64,000 bases of DNA from Lepidodermella squamata (taxonomy: Eukaryota > Animalia > Gastrotricha): the NCBI GenBank assembly GCA_047495785.1, contig JBLDXI010000015.1:3968001-4032000 (forward strand), given 5' to 3'. A program made the position numbers and the translations under genes. Numbering within the stretch: position 1 is the first letter of the stretch; each line of letters opens with the position of its first letter. Positions 22,785-34,827 of this stretch are shown here, piece after piece. The notes beneath the pieces are model-generated. The model searched no databases. It saw nothing but the letters and a program-made list of their open reading frames with translations, and was not told the DNA's origin.

Positions 22785-23669
22785 ACAGTTGTGTTTCATG
22801 ACAATTTGAGTCATACATCTAGACATTAAACGAGTTTGACTATTTCTTATTTCTGGACGTGGATGTCGTTATTTTTTTTTGAAATAACATGGTAAGCACG
22901 TGGAACTTTGACATTTGATACCATATTATTACCTATTTTCAGGCCTAATTGTCGTTCAAAAAAATAAGTGTGCTTAAGTTGATATTTACTTAGACGTTGT
23001 TTTTTGCGCAAAGGGGGAGACCGCGCGTGTTGGCTGGCGTATGGTATGATAATGTTTGACTCAGAGGACGCTAATAATTTTAGGATGCGTAGGATAGTTC
23101 TAGTCAAGTCAACATCTCTGTTGTTTTCAAGCCCACACTTCCCGGCCATTCTTGTACTTCAATAGGGAATGAAATTCCATAAAAATGAAGAGGAGCTAAG
23201 CGGTTTTTGCATGAATCTGTTTGATTAGGATGTTAACCCAGAAGGAATAGTTACATTATATAATGTATTTCCGGAGTGAAAACGTCTTCTGAAGAATATT
23301 CAAGCTCAGGATATTGCAAGTAAAAACCTAATGAAATTAAGACTCTAAGGCTCTCTTAAGTCTCTTAGTTATCTTAATGCTTTGCCCTGGCTCCGGGTCG
23401 GATTAATGTTTGGATGGCCCATGGGCATTATCCGATGGCAGCCTTCTATCTTATTTTACCAGAAAAATTAAATTTTATAGACCTAACAGCCGAGCCTCTT
23501 ATAATCTTGACTCTAGACCATACTCTAGACTTTCTAGTCTAATATTTGAATCAGAGATTTCTTGAAGCAACAATTGCTCCCATACTGAATTTGGCCCCGG
23601 ACTTCAGTCACATTTTATTCACACTTAAGTATTTCAATTTCTGAATTAGTATTATCAGTATTATTTGAA

Positions 23670-25155
23670 ATGAACGACGTGATCATTTACGCCGCAAAAA
23701 GAACGCCGGTTGGCAATTTCTGCGGCGGCCTGTCGCATCTATCTGCGGCTCAACTCGGCGCTGTATGTCTCAGCGCTGTTCTCAAGGATGCGCAGCCACT
23801 TGTCTCGCCTGACGATATTTCAGAAGTCACATTCGGACAGGTCCTTACAGCAGGTATATGCCTCATAGAAATTTTAGTAAAAAATCAGTTTAAAACACGA
23901 AAATATAGGATGCGGAATGAATAGCGCTCGACAGGCGTCAATTAACGCTGGCCTTTCGTGTCATATACCAGCCTATACGGTAAACATGGTCTGCGGGTCT
24001 GGAATGAAAGCGATCGTTAATTCTGCTCAAAGTATCCGCTGTGGAGATTCAGCCGTCACTGTTTCGGGTGGCATGGAAAGCCTAAGCCAGGTTGGTTGAC
24101 ACTTTGCAACAAAACATATCACTACTTTTTCGTTGATTTACCAAGGCACCTCATCTTATTAGGCTGAGAACTCCTCAAAAAGCAGATTCGACACCGAAGA
24201 TCCCGCCAAATCTACCTGACATAGCTAAATTTGGGAATATGGCCCTTGTTGATTCCTTGGTGAATGACGGTCTTACTGACACTAAACTGAATTGCTTGAT
24301 GGGAGATACAGGTTAGACAAAGGATATTGCTTTTATTTATTTCGAAGTTATTATTTCCTAATAGCTGAGCTGGTTGCCTGTCTATACGGCATTGACAGAC
24401 AGGAGCAGGATGAGTTCGCACTACGTTCCCACAAACTGTGGAGTGCATCAGCTGATCGCGGCCGTTTCGCCTTCGAAATTTCACCGGTTGAATTAGCTGA
24501 CGGGTCGCAGATAACGACCGATGAACTTCCGCAGCCTGATTTAACGCTTGAAAAGCTCTCCAGGCTAAAACCAGTTTTCAATTTGCCAAAATACGTCACG
24601 ACCAAGGATGGCCAAGTCGTGCTGAATGAACGTAATATTGAAGGATATGTTCCGACAGTAACGGCTGGAAATTGCTGTGGGTTGAACGATGGAGCCGCGG
24701 CTGTTGTCCTCGTCTCTTCATCGTTTTTAAAGAGCCTTCCAATCGAAAGCCAAAATCAAGGTTTAGCCCGTATCGTATCTTGGGGCCAATCAGCTGGGCA
24801 ATGCGATTTGATGGGAGTTGAGCCTATTTCAGCGATCCGACTTGCGTTATCTAAAACCAACTGGCCGATCGAATCGGTCGATTTCTGGGAGATCAATGAA
24901 GCTTTTGCCTGCACGACTCTAGTCGTAATCAAAGAGCTTGCTATTCCTGATTGGGAGAGCCGTGTTAATGTGAATGGCGGGGCTACGGCGATTGGGCACC
25001 CTTTCGGGGCGACCGGGGCTCGGCTGGTTGTCACCCTCGCTCACCAACTGGCTTTGGCTCAGGCTGGCGACCCTTCTCGCGTTTATCGCGGCGTGGCAGC
25101 TACATGTCTTGGAGGAGGTCAAGCCATTGCCATTTGCCTCGAATCTATCCAATAA
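23670..25155 (+). CDS. Acetyl-CoA acetyltransferase (thiolase), cytosolic ACAT2-like; exons 23670-23853, 23909-24090, 24146-24311, 24365-25155
   Basis: KRTPVG, catalytic [34 protein letters not shown] and CLGGG. Three GT-AG introns restore the frame. No targeting peptide. Confidence 0.93.
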
Positions 25156-25202
25156 CATTATCATTCTCGAATTCATTGGGGATTATTCCCACGATATATA
25201 TT

Positions 25203-25765
25203 TGACCGTTAACAAGTAAAAACTGGGGTTTGGCGTATTTTCTGTATTTTTCAGCAAAAAGTGTGTTGACTTGAATAGGGATGATTCTTGGATTCCTAGA
25301 TTTTCTTACTCAGCTTTTCCTGGGGATTTTGAATTTTCAAAACTAAGACCTCTAGGAGGCCACCTCAAAAGAGGACCCCGAAGTGTCGCCGAAGAGGTTT
25401 ATCGATTTAGGTTGACGTTGAAACACTATCTTGATTCCATCAGCATTTTTGAATATCTAGCAATATTCCTCACCTCAGATGACCCCGAAAAATCTCGCTT
25501 GCGCATAAGAAAAATCATCCGAACTTAATGCGCGACGAATTGCTAATTGATGCAATAAAAAACTAAATTTGTTAAGCGCGAATTTTTTCGAAAATTTAGC
25601 AATTTTCACCCGTGAAATTTGAAGCCCATTTTCTCACCAACCCTGATGACTATCAACCTAGTTTTGATATCGTTCGACTCCTCATTCATTGATCTTCAAA
25701 GCGGCATCAAAATCTCACGATGTCAAAAATTTCACCAGCCCCCACTTTTCCCTTCTTAACGGTCA
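25203..25765. mobile_element. Non-autonomous TIR element (MITE), copy 2
   Basis: TGACCGTTAACAAGT...TTAACGGTCA. Homologous to 13229-13806 and absent from the matching position of the thiolase pseudogene. Confidence 0.85.
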
Positions 25766-26003
25766 TTTGGATTTTTACTGCTGCCTTCATTTGTTTTTAT
25801 CAAAAGAAAACATTCTTTTATGAGAGGAAATGAGCCTTTGATTCTCAATTTCCTAACTGTAGTGCGCTTTCATGGGCCTTATGAAAGACTTCATTGAAGA
25901 GACGGCGGTCACTCTGTAAATAAAACTGAGCACTGCACTATATATTATTGAGTCCTCAGCTGTAATAATTTTAGTCGAGATTTCAAACCGATAATAGCAA
26001 GAA

Positions 26004-29000
26004 ATGACTAAACAATTACGCCCGAAAAATCTCGCAATGATGGCCACTGAGATGGCGAGTGCACGAATTCCTCCAAATCAAACAAAATCCGCCATAATTT
26101 TCTTGACAGGTAACAAAAATCCCTCATTTTCAGCTTTAATTCCTTTCGTTTCATATCAGCGAGAGGTAAGGAGGCTATAACGGATTATCGGGTGAACAGG
26201 CCTCCTGCTGTAGAAAAAGCAGATAATGAAAATGAAGACGACCTCAATCGTTGCGCATCGCCGTATGAAACGGAAAATCCACGCCGCCACATGTTAGCCG
26301 AATTTCGGCCTAATTACAAAAAATCCAAATTAGTGCTTAACGTCAAGTCAGTCTATCGCCGTGAGCCGTTAGACGTCGCTAAGATTTCTGCGCGGGCGAA
26401 CGCTGAGAAGCTGTCCCCCTCGACCACCATGAACGGGTGTTTGAAAAACCGCCGATCTTGGTCACCCAATTCAAGGTCATCGTTTGACACTTACCCGACT
26501 GAAGCGCCGCGGCCGATTGTTCACAAGCCTGATATTAAAATAGCTGGAGAAGCTGACTGGGGCAGAAATTTCGGCCAGATTTACGACTACGCTCCTCATG
26601 TTGAACCGGCTGAGGGCGAAAATGAGAAAATCATCGTTTTTCTCAGCTTCAACCTCGACTCCTTAATCGCTGGCGATGTTTTGAAGTACGCTGAAAATCT
26701 CCATAAATCAGACCTATATCGCGTATGGCTGCAGAAACCCAAGACGGGGAAACCTCATGACCAGGAGGAAAATTTATACTCAAGCATTGAGGTAAGATTT
26801 TAACACTAAAAACCTTGCCTAATTATTGCCTAATTTATAGGGTATTAAAGATTCTGATATCGTCGTAGTATTTCTCACCGATGACTACCTAAGCAGTCCA
26901 GCTATGAATGTCCAAGCTAGAGCAATTCGAAGGTATAAGAAGAAGAGAGTCGTTATAGATTTGATTGTATCAGCCCTACCGAATCCGTGGTTCGATGAAC
27001 TAATCTGCGAAGACTACGCCAGGGTCAAATTCGACCCGGGGGAGATTGAAACCGACTTTTGGGCGAAAATTGACTCCGAAATCGTATTGATGGCGAGGAG
27101 TAACCGACGTCCGAGGTTAGCGAAGCCATCCCGATGTGGGGTTCGAATGTTTGGCGTTGATACAAGTTACAATCAGCGTTACATAAATCGGCTGCAAGTT
27201 GAGGAAAATTTACGGCAAAGGGTTCGAGACGTAGTCACCCTACCTGGTACAGGTTAGTTAATTTCCCCGAATTTTACGAATCCTTATACCCTATTTCACA
27301 GCTATTTTAATGATCTATGGCGAGGATGGTATTGGCAAATCGTCCTTAGTAAACCATGCAATGGATGGCGAATTTTTGAACAGCGTCAAAATCGGAGCGA
27401 AAGCTTACCTTAACGTGAAGCATCTTTCAAGCGTTGAAGATTTCGAGAAGGCGGCCGATGAGCAATTTTTCTCTCTAATCGCTGAAGTCTTCGACGTGAA
27501 GTTGAATCAAGGGGAGAATGTAAAACGGGCCATTCAATCGCATCTGAGGACGAACATTCCAGGCAAGTCCCTGCTCATCCTCGACAGCGTTTATCACATT
27601 CGAATCATCGAATGCGTGAAATCACTCGGGCAAAGTTTGGTCACAATTTGCATTTCGACTCGTAATTTCCAAGCCGAGCTCAGTAGGTACAACTGGATGG
27701 TCGACCCGGCCTTTAGAATCGTTGACTTACCTATCGAAAACCAGCGAGAAATGTTCCGCCTTTGCGAGTCGAAGATTCAGTCTTCAACTTCAATCGCCTA
27801 CGACGCTCTTGATCGATTATCTGAGCTGAGCTTAGGTCTCCCCCTTTTGAGCCAGGTCATAAGTAGCAAAATTCTCATGACCCCGGAAGGCGATGAATTG
27901 AAAAATTACCTGAAAGACCTTGAGATGTTTTTCACGAAATTGAAAATCTCCCGCGAGATTGATAATGGCGAAAAGAGGCCGGAATCTGTTCGGAAGCTCT
28001 TACTGGTCGATTTCGATAAGGAAAACTACGAATTCAGACGGCGGCTGTATGTTTTCCTGTTGCTGAATGACGGCCAAAGTTCTGCCCTTGAAGATTTAGC
28101 AATTCTTTGGGGCTGTGAGGTCGACGAGGCGGAGGATTACGCTGATCAGTTGGTTGACCTTTGCCTAGTTCGAACTGACCATGACTTCAAAACCTTCAAC
28201 ATTCACTCGCAAATTTACGCGGCTTTGCTCGAGTTTATCGCCTCGAACTTCGACAATGACTACAAACATCTAGCCGATCTTGAAGCTATTCGTCGGGCGA
28301 TATTAGCCGAGTCTAAGAATGAGGCTACAAACGAGAATTTCCTGCATTTATCTGTTCAAAGGAACCGCCATAACCTAACGAAATCTCTGGCGTTTGCCTT
28401 AATTTCCGACTCAAGTGAAGACTTTATTTTCGAACAAATGTCCGAGCAGAACTCAAAGGGTGAAACGCCCCTCCATCTGTTGTTGAAGTCTGAATGGATT
28501 CAAAATGAGAACACCCCATGGGAGTCGAATCTTGGCCTCGAAATCGCTTGCCGGCTATCTGAACGAATGTTAGCCTTAGATCGTTATCGGACAGACGACT
28601 TATTCTCAAATGCGAAAAACCAGTTCGGCGAAACAATTCTCAAGTTACTTTCAAATGTGTTCGAATCCGGGAAGAAATGGCATCAAGTACCAATTTTCGC
28701 AGCTGTTAATTATGACTGCCTGGAACTTGTCGATTATTTGCTCGATAATGAAATTGACATCAACTCAACATCCGAGCTAGGGACATCGTTACTGTCCTTC
28801 GCCGCGAGTCGAGGCAAATCGCTGGCGATTCTTCGCCTGATTCAGCGGGATGTTGAGATGATCAACGTGAATTCGATTAACCAATCTGGCAAAAACGCGT
28901 TGATGATCGCGGCGGAGAACGGCGATCTTCAAGCTTGCACATGGCTAGTTGATGAAATGCAGAAGCTAAACATGACGCTTGAGATGGACGCGACTGATAA

Positions 29001-30969
29001 CGACAACGACACGGCGCTGATTTCAGCAGCTCGCCGGAAAAAGTTTGACGTAGTCGATTTCTTAGTGCAACAGGGCGCGAATGTTTTGATGCCGGGCAGA
29101 AATGGCGATTCAGCAATCTGGTTAGCTCTTACTGCTGGGAAGTTGAACTCGGCCCAGCTAATCTACGCAAAAGGAGGTCGGCTATCTGCTGATGAAAACG
29201 CTGTTCTCCAGCTAAGGGCTCAAATTACTGGCAATCGAGACATGGCCGATATTCTCAACAATTGGGAATTTGAGAATAAAATGCAGGAGATACCAACTGA
29301 TGACCAAAATTTCCCAGTCTTCCGCCGGGTTCAAACCGCTTTGTTCAGATATTTAAAAGTCAATCAACCCCCTAGCTCTTCGACTGAAGAGATCACGAAC
29401 ACCTATCTCCGCTACGCCTACGAAGGAAGTCATAAGCAATTGAAGACCTTGACCATTGGTAATAAGCCGTTTGATAAGGAGGTCAAAGAAACAGCCCTTT
29501 TTATTGCGTCGTATTTCGGTCATGACCTAGTTGTTAATTTCCTGTGCGAAGAAGAGCAAAATGCTGACCCGAATTTCTTTAATGGCGACCGCATCACTTC
29601 GCTAATTGCCGCATGCCTAAACCCTAAAAACTGCATAGGAATCGTGCGGAATCTTCTCGCGTGTAAGGCTGATGTGAACGCGGCTGATATCGAGGGACGG
29701 ACTGCCTTAATCGCGGCGTCATCTCGAGGCTACACCGAGATCGTTCAAGCTTTGCTGGAGGCTAATGCCGAGGTCGATTCGTTTGACGACGACGGCATGA
29801 CCGCTTTGATGCACGCTGCTTCGAAGGGCCATGAAGCAATCGTGAAAGCCTTGTTAGATCACCGGGCTAATGTCGAGGCTAGGACTAATCGTGATGGAAG
29901 AACTGCTTTGATGTTATCGGCTCAAAATGGCCATGAAGAGGTGACGAAAATGTTAATCCAGGTTGGGAAGGCCGTGTTCAATAATTACGACGAATCAGGC
30001 GCGACGGCTCTAATGTTAGCCGCCGAGAGCTGTCATCTAGACACAGTTCGAGTTCTGCTAGCCAATAAGGCCGACGTCAATACCGTCGACCATTTACAGG
30101 GCAGAAATGCGTTGATGTATGCGGCGAAGAACGATTTAGATGGCAAAACTGTTGGGCTGATTATTCCTTTCCGGGCTGATATCAACGCTCGGGATAAAAC
30201 TGGCCGAACTGCCCTGGCTATTGCTGCTGAGAACGGCCGGGATAACGCTGTTCGAGTTCTGTTGGACAACGAATCGATTGATATCAACATCCGAACCTTA
30301 GAAGACGGCATGACTGCGATAATGCTGGCGGCTCATTGCGGTCATGATTCAATCGTAAGGAAATTACTGGCTCGAAAGATTGATATTAATGGTGTTAATT
30401 ACTCCGGCTTGACACCACTCATGCTTGCGGTTGAGAATAACCACGAAACCGTTGTAGCCACCCTAGTTCGAAAGGGCGCGGATGTTAACGTGGCTAGATC
30501 GGCAACTGGCGCTACTGCTCTAATAATGGCGGCTGAGAAGGGTTTCGATTCAATTGTTCGGCTTCTCGCGAATAACAAGGCCTGCAACGTCAATGCCGCG
30601 ACGAAGGAGGGCATAACAGCCCTGATGACAGCTGCGATAAAAGGCTACGATGGCATGGTTGAGAGTTTGGTCAAGTCGGAGAATAAAGTCGATATCGATG
30701 CCCAGCAAAGCGAGGGCTATACAGCGCTGATGTTTGCGGCGATTTTCGGTCAAGAGGGCGTTGTTGAGGTCTTGTTCGCTGCTGGTTCTGACGTGAATTT
30801 AACCGATAAATCTGGTAATACAGCGGAGATGTTGGCTGAGGAAAACGGGCATCGCGAGGTAGCTAGATTGTTACATCAACGACCTGTGACTGTCACGTTC
30901 GCTTCAGAACCGGAAATAGCGTCTGCCGGCGATAGGGAAGAATCTTTCTGGGAAGTTACCGATTTGTGA
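26004..30969 (+). CDS. TIR - NB-ARC (STAND NTPase) - ankyrin-repeat NLR-like protein; exons 26004-26109, 26160-26791, 26841-27252, 27302-30969
   Basis: TIR-like IIVFLSF...RVWL...IKDSDIVVVFLTDDYLSS. Walker A GEDGIGKS, Walker B SLLILDSV, GLPL motif, LAILWG winged helix and MHD-position IHS. Roughly 20 ankyrin repeats follow. Three short GT-AG introns join the ORFs in frame. Confidence 0.88.
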
Positions 30970-32084
30970 ATACTTATTTATTGATATATTCAGTCTTCCA
31001 CTTAACTCTATTTTCCAATGTTGCATGGCGGTTTTTTGGTACAAATAAATTACAGAGCTATAGGAGTGTTGTGTTTTTTTTATCAGGTGTGTTGTATATC
31101 ATGCACATTGCTACGCAAATCTGGAACGCCGTGATGTTACACGCTGATTGCTTCATTATTTGTATGAAGACATCGTTGTTGTATCGGAGTTTCGCTAAAT
31201 GGTAGGGAGGTAGCGAAACATGATATAGCATCTCAGCGCTCATCCCAAGGTCGGAAAATCAAGCACGTGCATTACCTAAATACTACGCTGAATTCGATTG
31301 ATGCCTTGCAATCTCCGGAATAAAAAATTAAGGTGGAATTTCCCTTACAGTAATTTTTTTCATTATTTATTCGTTAACTGCCTGCGATCGTACATCTCAA
31401 CTTCCTCTCTCAAATTTTCGGTCGATGGGCTGTGTGGTATATGCTTGAAAAAGAGCGTTAAAATTTGATATAGATTTTACAGCGTGCCCCATAAGTTGTG
31501 CTGATTTTTTTAATATTGGAATTTTTTAGGAATTTAACCACTAATTTTCAGAAATTAAGCCGACTGTATGGAATCTTCCACCCTTTATCCACGATTTTAC
31601 CGAAAAAATTTATTTTACCGAAGAAGCCCATGAAAAACCCGTCGGTAACTATGGTTCGGTAATTTTCGGTTTTTACCTGGTTGGATCAGTTTCCTTCGGA
31701 TTTTTTTAATCTCATTTAACAAGAGACATACTTGATCACTATTCCCATGGCATTTTGGGACTCATTTTAGAGTTCTAGAACGCGACGCAATCATGATCTA
31801 AAAATATTATTTGAAAATTGTGCCTTTTATAGGTTTGCATTTGGGTTCCCTACAGTCAATTTTGGTTCCGCTGAAAGATATTCTGATTGATTTTCCCAAA
31901 ATATGGTATGTATCCAACATTGAAAATGCGCCTTGTTGAAATATATAAATCGGTGTAAAAATCCGAATTTCGATTTTTTAATGACATTTTTTTATTAATT
32001 TTTCTCGGAATTTTCACAAATTAAATTTTGACCTATTTCTTGGCGTTTGAGACAAATATTTTGTCTTTCCATTTAGGAATAAAA

Positions 32085-32465
32085 ATGTCTTTTTGCGCAC
32101 CACATCCAATGTCGACTCTGTGGGTGAGTCGATCAGCGCTAAACTGTACCGAACCTCGTCCCGTTTACTCCGAACCTGGCGACTACGGCAACTGTCGCAT
32201 CGAAATGGCTGAATCTCGCGAAACTTTGATCTACAACGCGAAACTACACAAAACCACGCTTCAATGCGCTATGCTGTCCATGGCCTGCGGATGTTGGTGC
32301 TGCGCCTTAGTCGCCTGCTATCGGGCTGTTCCACCATTCAACTCGGATGAAACTTACAAATCAGCCCGATCCTGCGCAAAATGTGCCATGATTTCGTACT
32401 TTTTGTTCATAATCACATACCTGATCGCCGTTTTCTTCATCTTGAGAATTTATTATTTTAGATAA
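32085..32465 (+). CDS. Small CD225/dispanin-like (IFITM/PRRT-type) membrane protein
   Basis: AMLSMACGCWCCALVAC hydrophobic Cys cluster, then YKSARSCAKCA and a C-terminal TM helix. Confidence 0.6.
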   Translation: MSFCAPHPMSTLWVSRSALNCTEPRPVYSEPGDYGNCRIEMAESRETLIYNAKLHKTTLQCAMLSMACGCWCCALVACYRAVPPFNSDETYKSARSCAKCAMISYFLFIITYLIAVFFILRIYYFR

Positions 32466-32560
32466 AGAAAAAGAAAAAGAAAATTAAACGATTTGATTTA
32501 TTCGCCAAAAACTTTAAAAGGCTATAATATATTGATGGAATAATAACAAAGGTATAATGA

Positions 32561-33829
32561 TTATTCAACGTTGAGTGGGCAAAAATCTCTGTCAATAATT
32601 GTGGCAATGTCGTCGAAATCTAGATATTTCTGGATTAGAATCGGCAAATTCAGGCTTTTTATTGCCGCTCGACGGTCATTGAGACCGAGCGGCAATTTAG
32701 CGAGAACAGCCCTTCGAGCGAAAGACGCGAGATTTAGCGGTAATAACCGACCGATTTCGTCGTTATCACGACGCTGAAAAACTTGGAAATCGCAGTGGAG
32801 TTCGATAAAAAATACGAGCATCGGATGGCTCTTGAGCGGAAGGCAGGTACAAAAAGCGGCCTGAGAACAGGGCAGTCGAAAGCCGCATCGCAACAATAAT
32901 AGAATGCTGTTATAAATTTCAACAAAATGTTTCTGGCTCAACATAGAATCAGGGTCAAAAACGGCCCACGAGCAGGTGAGTAAATGCCCAGCGCTGCTGT
33001 TCGCTGATCGCATCAAGTGTTCGAAAGCTGCGTTAACAAAAGCGTAAGTCGCCACAAATCGCCCGATTGCGAAAAAATTGAAGACATCCCAGGGCGATCG
33101 AACGATTTCAGCATGTAAATTATTCGTAAAAATCGAAGAAGAATTTCTGCTCTCACAGCATCGGCATGAAATTGCAGTTTGATTCAGGTCGTCAAAATTA
33201 GCCGAGCAATCAATGTCGTGGAAGCAATTATCCACAATAAAACCGACAATAGCCTCGACAAAACATCGCGGCAAAATATCGGCACTTATTGATACATTCG
33301 TGAGACATTTCTCGAAAATTGACTCGTAATTCTGACTCGCTGCCAACATACAGGTTAGGTAGAAACCAGGCTCCAACCGATCGATTTGCAGTGTTAAATG
33401 CCTATTCGTGAAAGCTGCTACAAAGTCGTACATGAACATTTCAAACTGTTCGGCTGTCCAATGCGGCAGGCCGAAAATTCGAACTCGAGGGCAGTTTGGC
33501 AATAATTTCGCGAAAATCGGCGACGTAAATAAGCCGCGATTCGGCCCGTCTTCAACATCCTTCTGCTCGCTGTAGGCGACGAGTTTGAAGTGATATTCAG
33601 GCTTCTTTTTGAAGACTTCGATTGAGCAAGTGTGGTCCATGCGGCGGACCATTAGCAGATTTCTTATGATTTTTCTAATTTCAATTTTGATGGCCTTTTT
33701 ACACCTCACGAGGAACTCGGGCTGATTAAATTGGCAATGGTCGCCGCATTTGCTGTGGATGTCAATCGGTTCTGGTTGCTGCTGTTTCGGCGAAAAATGA
33801 CGCTTCCAAAATTTTATTAACGCAGCCAT
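32561..33829 (-). CDS. SOCS-box protein with an unrecognised N-terminal region (422 aa)
   Basis: C-terminal PLNLASFARRAVLAKL...IKSLNLPILIQKYL (BC box plus cullin box). Confidence 0.8.
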   Translation of the reverse strand: MAALIKFWKRHFSPKQQQPEPIDIHSKCGDHCQFNQPEFLVRCKKAIKIEIRKIIRNLLMVRRMDHTCSIEVFKKKPEYHFKLVAYSEQKDVEDGPNRGLFTSPIFAKLLPNCPRVRIFGLPHWTAEQFEMFMYDFVAAFTNRHLTLQIDRLEPGFYLTCMLAASQNYESIFEKCLTNVSISADILPRCFVEAIVGFIVDNCFHDIDCSANFDDLNQTAISCRCCESRNSSSIFTNNLHAEIVRSPWDVFNFFAIGRFVATYAFVNAAFEHLMRSANSSAGHLLTCSWAVFDPDSMLSQKHFVEIYNSILLLLRCGFRLPCSQAAFCTCLPLKSHPMLVFFIELHCDFQVFQRRDNDEIGRLLPLNLASFARRAVLAKLPLGLNDRRAAIKSLNLPILIQKYLDFDDIATIIDRDFCPLNVE

Positions 33830-34221
33830 CGTCTAAAAAGAGATAAAAAATTAATAAGGCAAATAAATAAATCTAGAAAACTTCGGGGGTGAGATAATTA
33901 CGGGTAATTTGAAAAAATTATTGCTGATAAACTTTGCCGATCGAAAGAGCCTGTCTTTTAGTCAGCTTTTGCAGCTTTGCTAAAAATTTCACGAGAGAGG
34001 CGTGGCTATCAAAATCACGCGATAATAATAAGACAAGAGGCACGCGAATTATAGTAGCAGGTTACGCACGGGTTACGCTGCCTTATAAAAGAGCTTGTTT
34101 AGTTTTTTTTCGTAATAAAGCAATTATTTGTGGCATTAAGCCAGTGATCATTTTTTTCTTCGACATGATTTTATTAATTATTTTAGGGTCTTCCCTTTAT
34201 ACCTGAACCTAATTTGCTGTA

Positions 34222-34510
34222 ACGGAACCAAACTTGCCAGTAAGCTGAACCAAATTTTGAAATTTTTAATGGGTCTAAAACCACTTTTCGGAACTTTCAA
34301 GGATGCTATCGATGACCAATATAATTCTAAATAAATATTCATGGAATTCAGCGTAAAATTCTACGTAAGACGTAGTGTTCAATTCTGAAATCATGCTTTG
34401 CCTCAAATTCCTAAAATTAATCGAAAAGTGACTCTTTGCATATTTTCGGTTTTGGTTCCGCAAGATGCAAATTTGGTTCCGCTCAAGCATATTTGGTTCC
34501 TGAAAAAGAT
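34222..34510. repeat. Dispersed repeat/MITE with GGAACCAAA / TTTGGTTCC subterminal motifs; related copy at about 22390-22585
   Basis: 34275-34380 aligns by eye to 22408-22510. Inverted short motifs occur at both ends. Confidence 0.55.
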
Positions 34511-34827
34511 ATTCTGCCATTTTTATTTTTATTTCATTTTATTCTCACTCCTTCAATACTGTTCAATAGTATTCAAGACACGGGAATGTTTTTTCTATCG
34601 ATGAAATCTTTCGGATAAAATGTGTCACCTGTATGAATAATTCAAGAAAACAGCAGCTCAATCACACCTAATATGCATACGATGTAAACGTGAATCTAGG
34701 ATAGAAGTGTGATCGGTCCTTGGTAACGTACTGCAAAACAAATCTCGGTTTTTTATTGTACAAGTTATTAATTCGCTCAGCGTAGAATTTCCGTCATTTT
34801 TTGCCCATTTTTCGAATTTCAGACGAC

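Noticed and set aside
3790-25155. Thiolase plus alpha/beta hydrolase as a transferred bacterial pcaF/pcaD-like operon
   Set aside because: The thiolase has three spliceosomal introns and looks like a normal cytosolic enzyme, and the ancestral pair was head-to-head rather than co-oriented.
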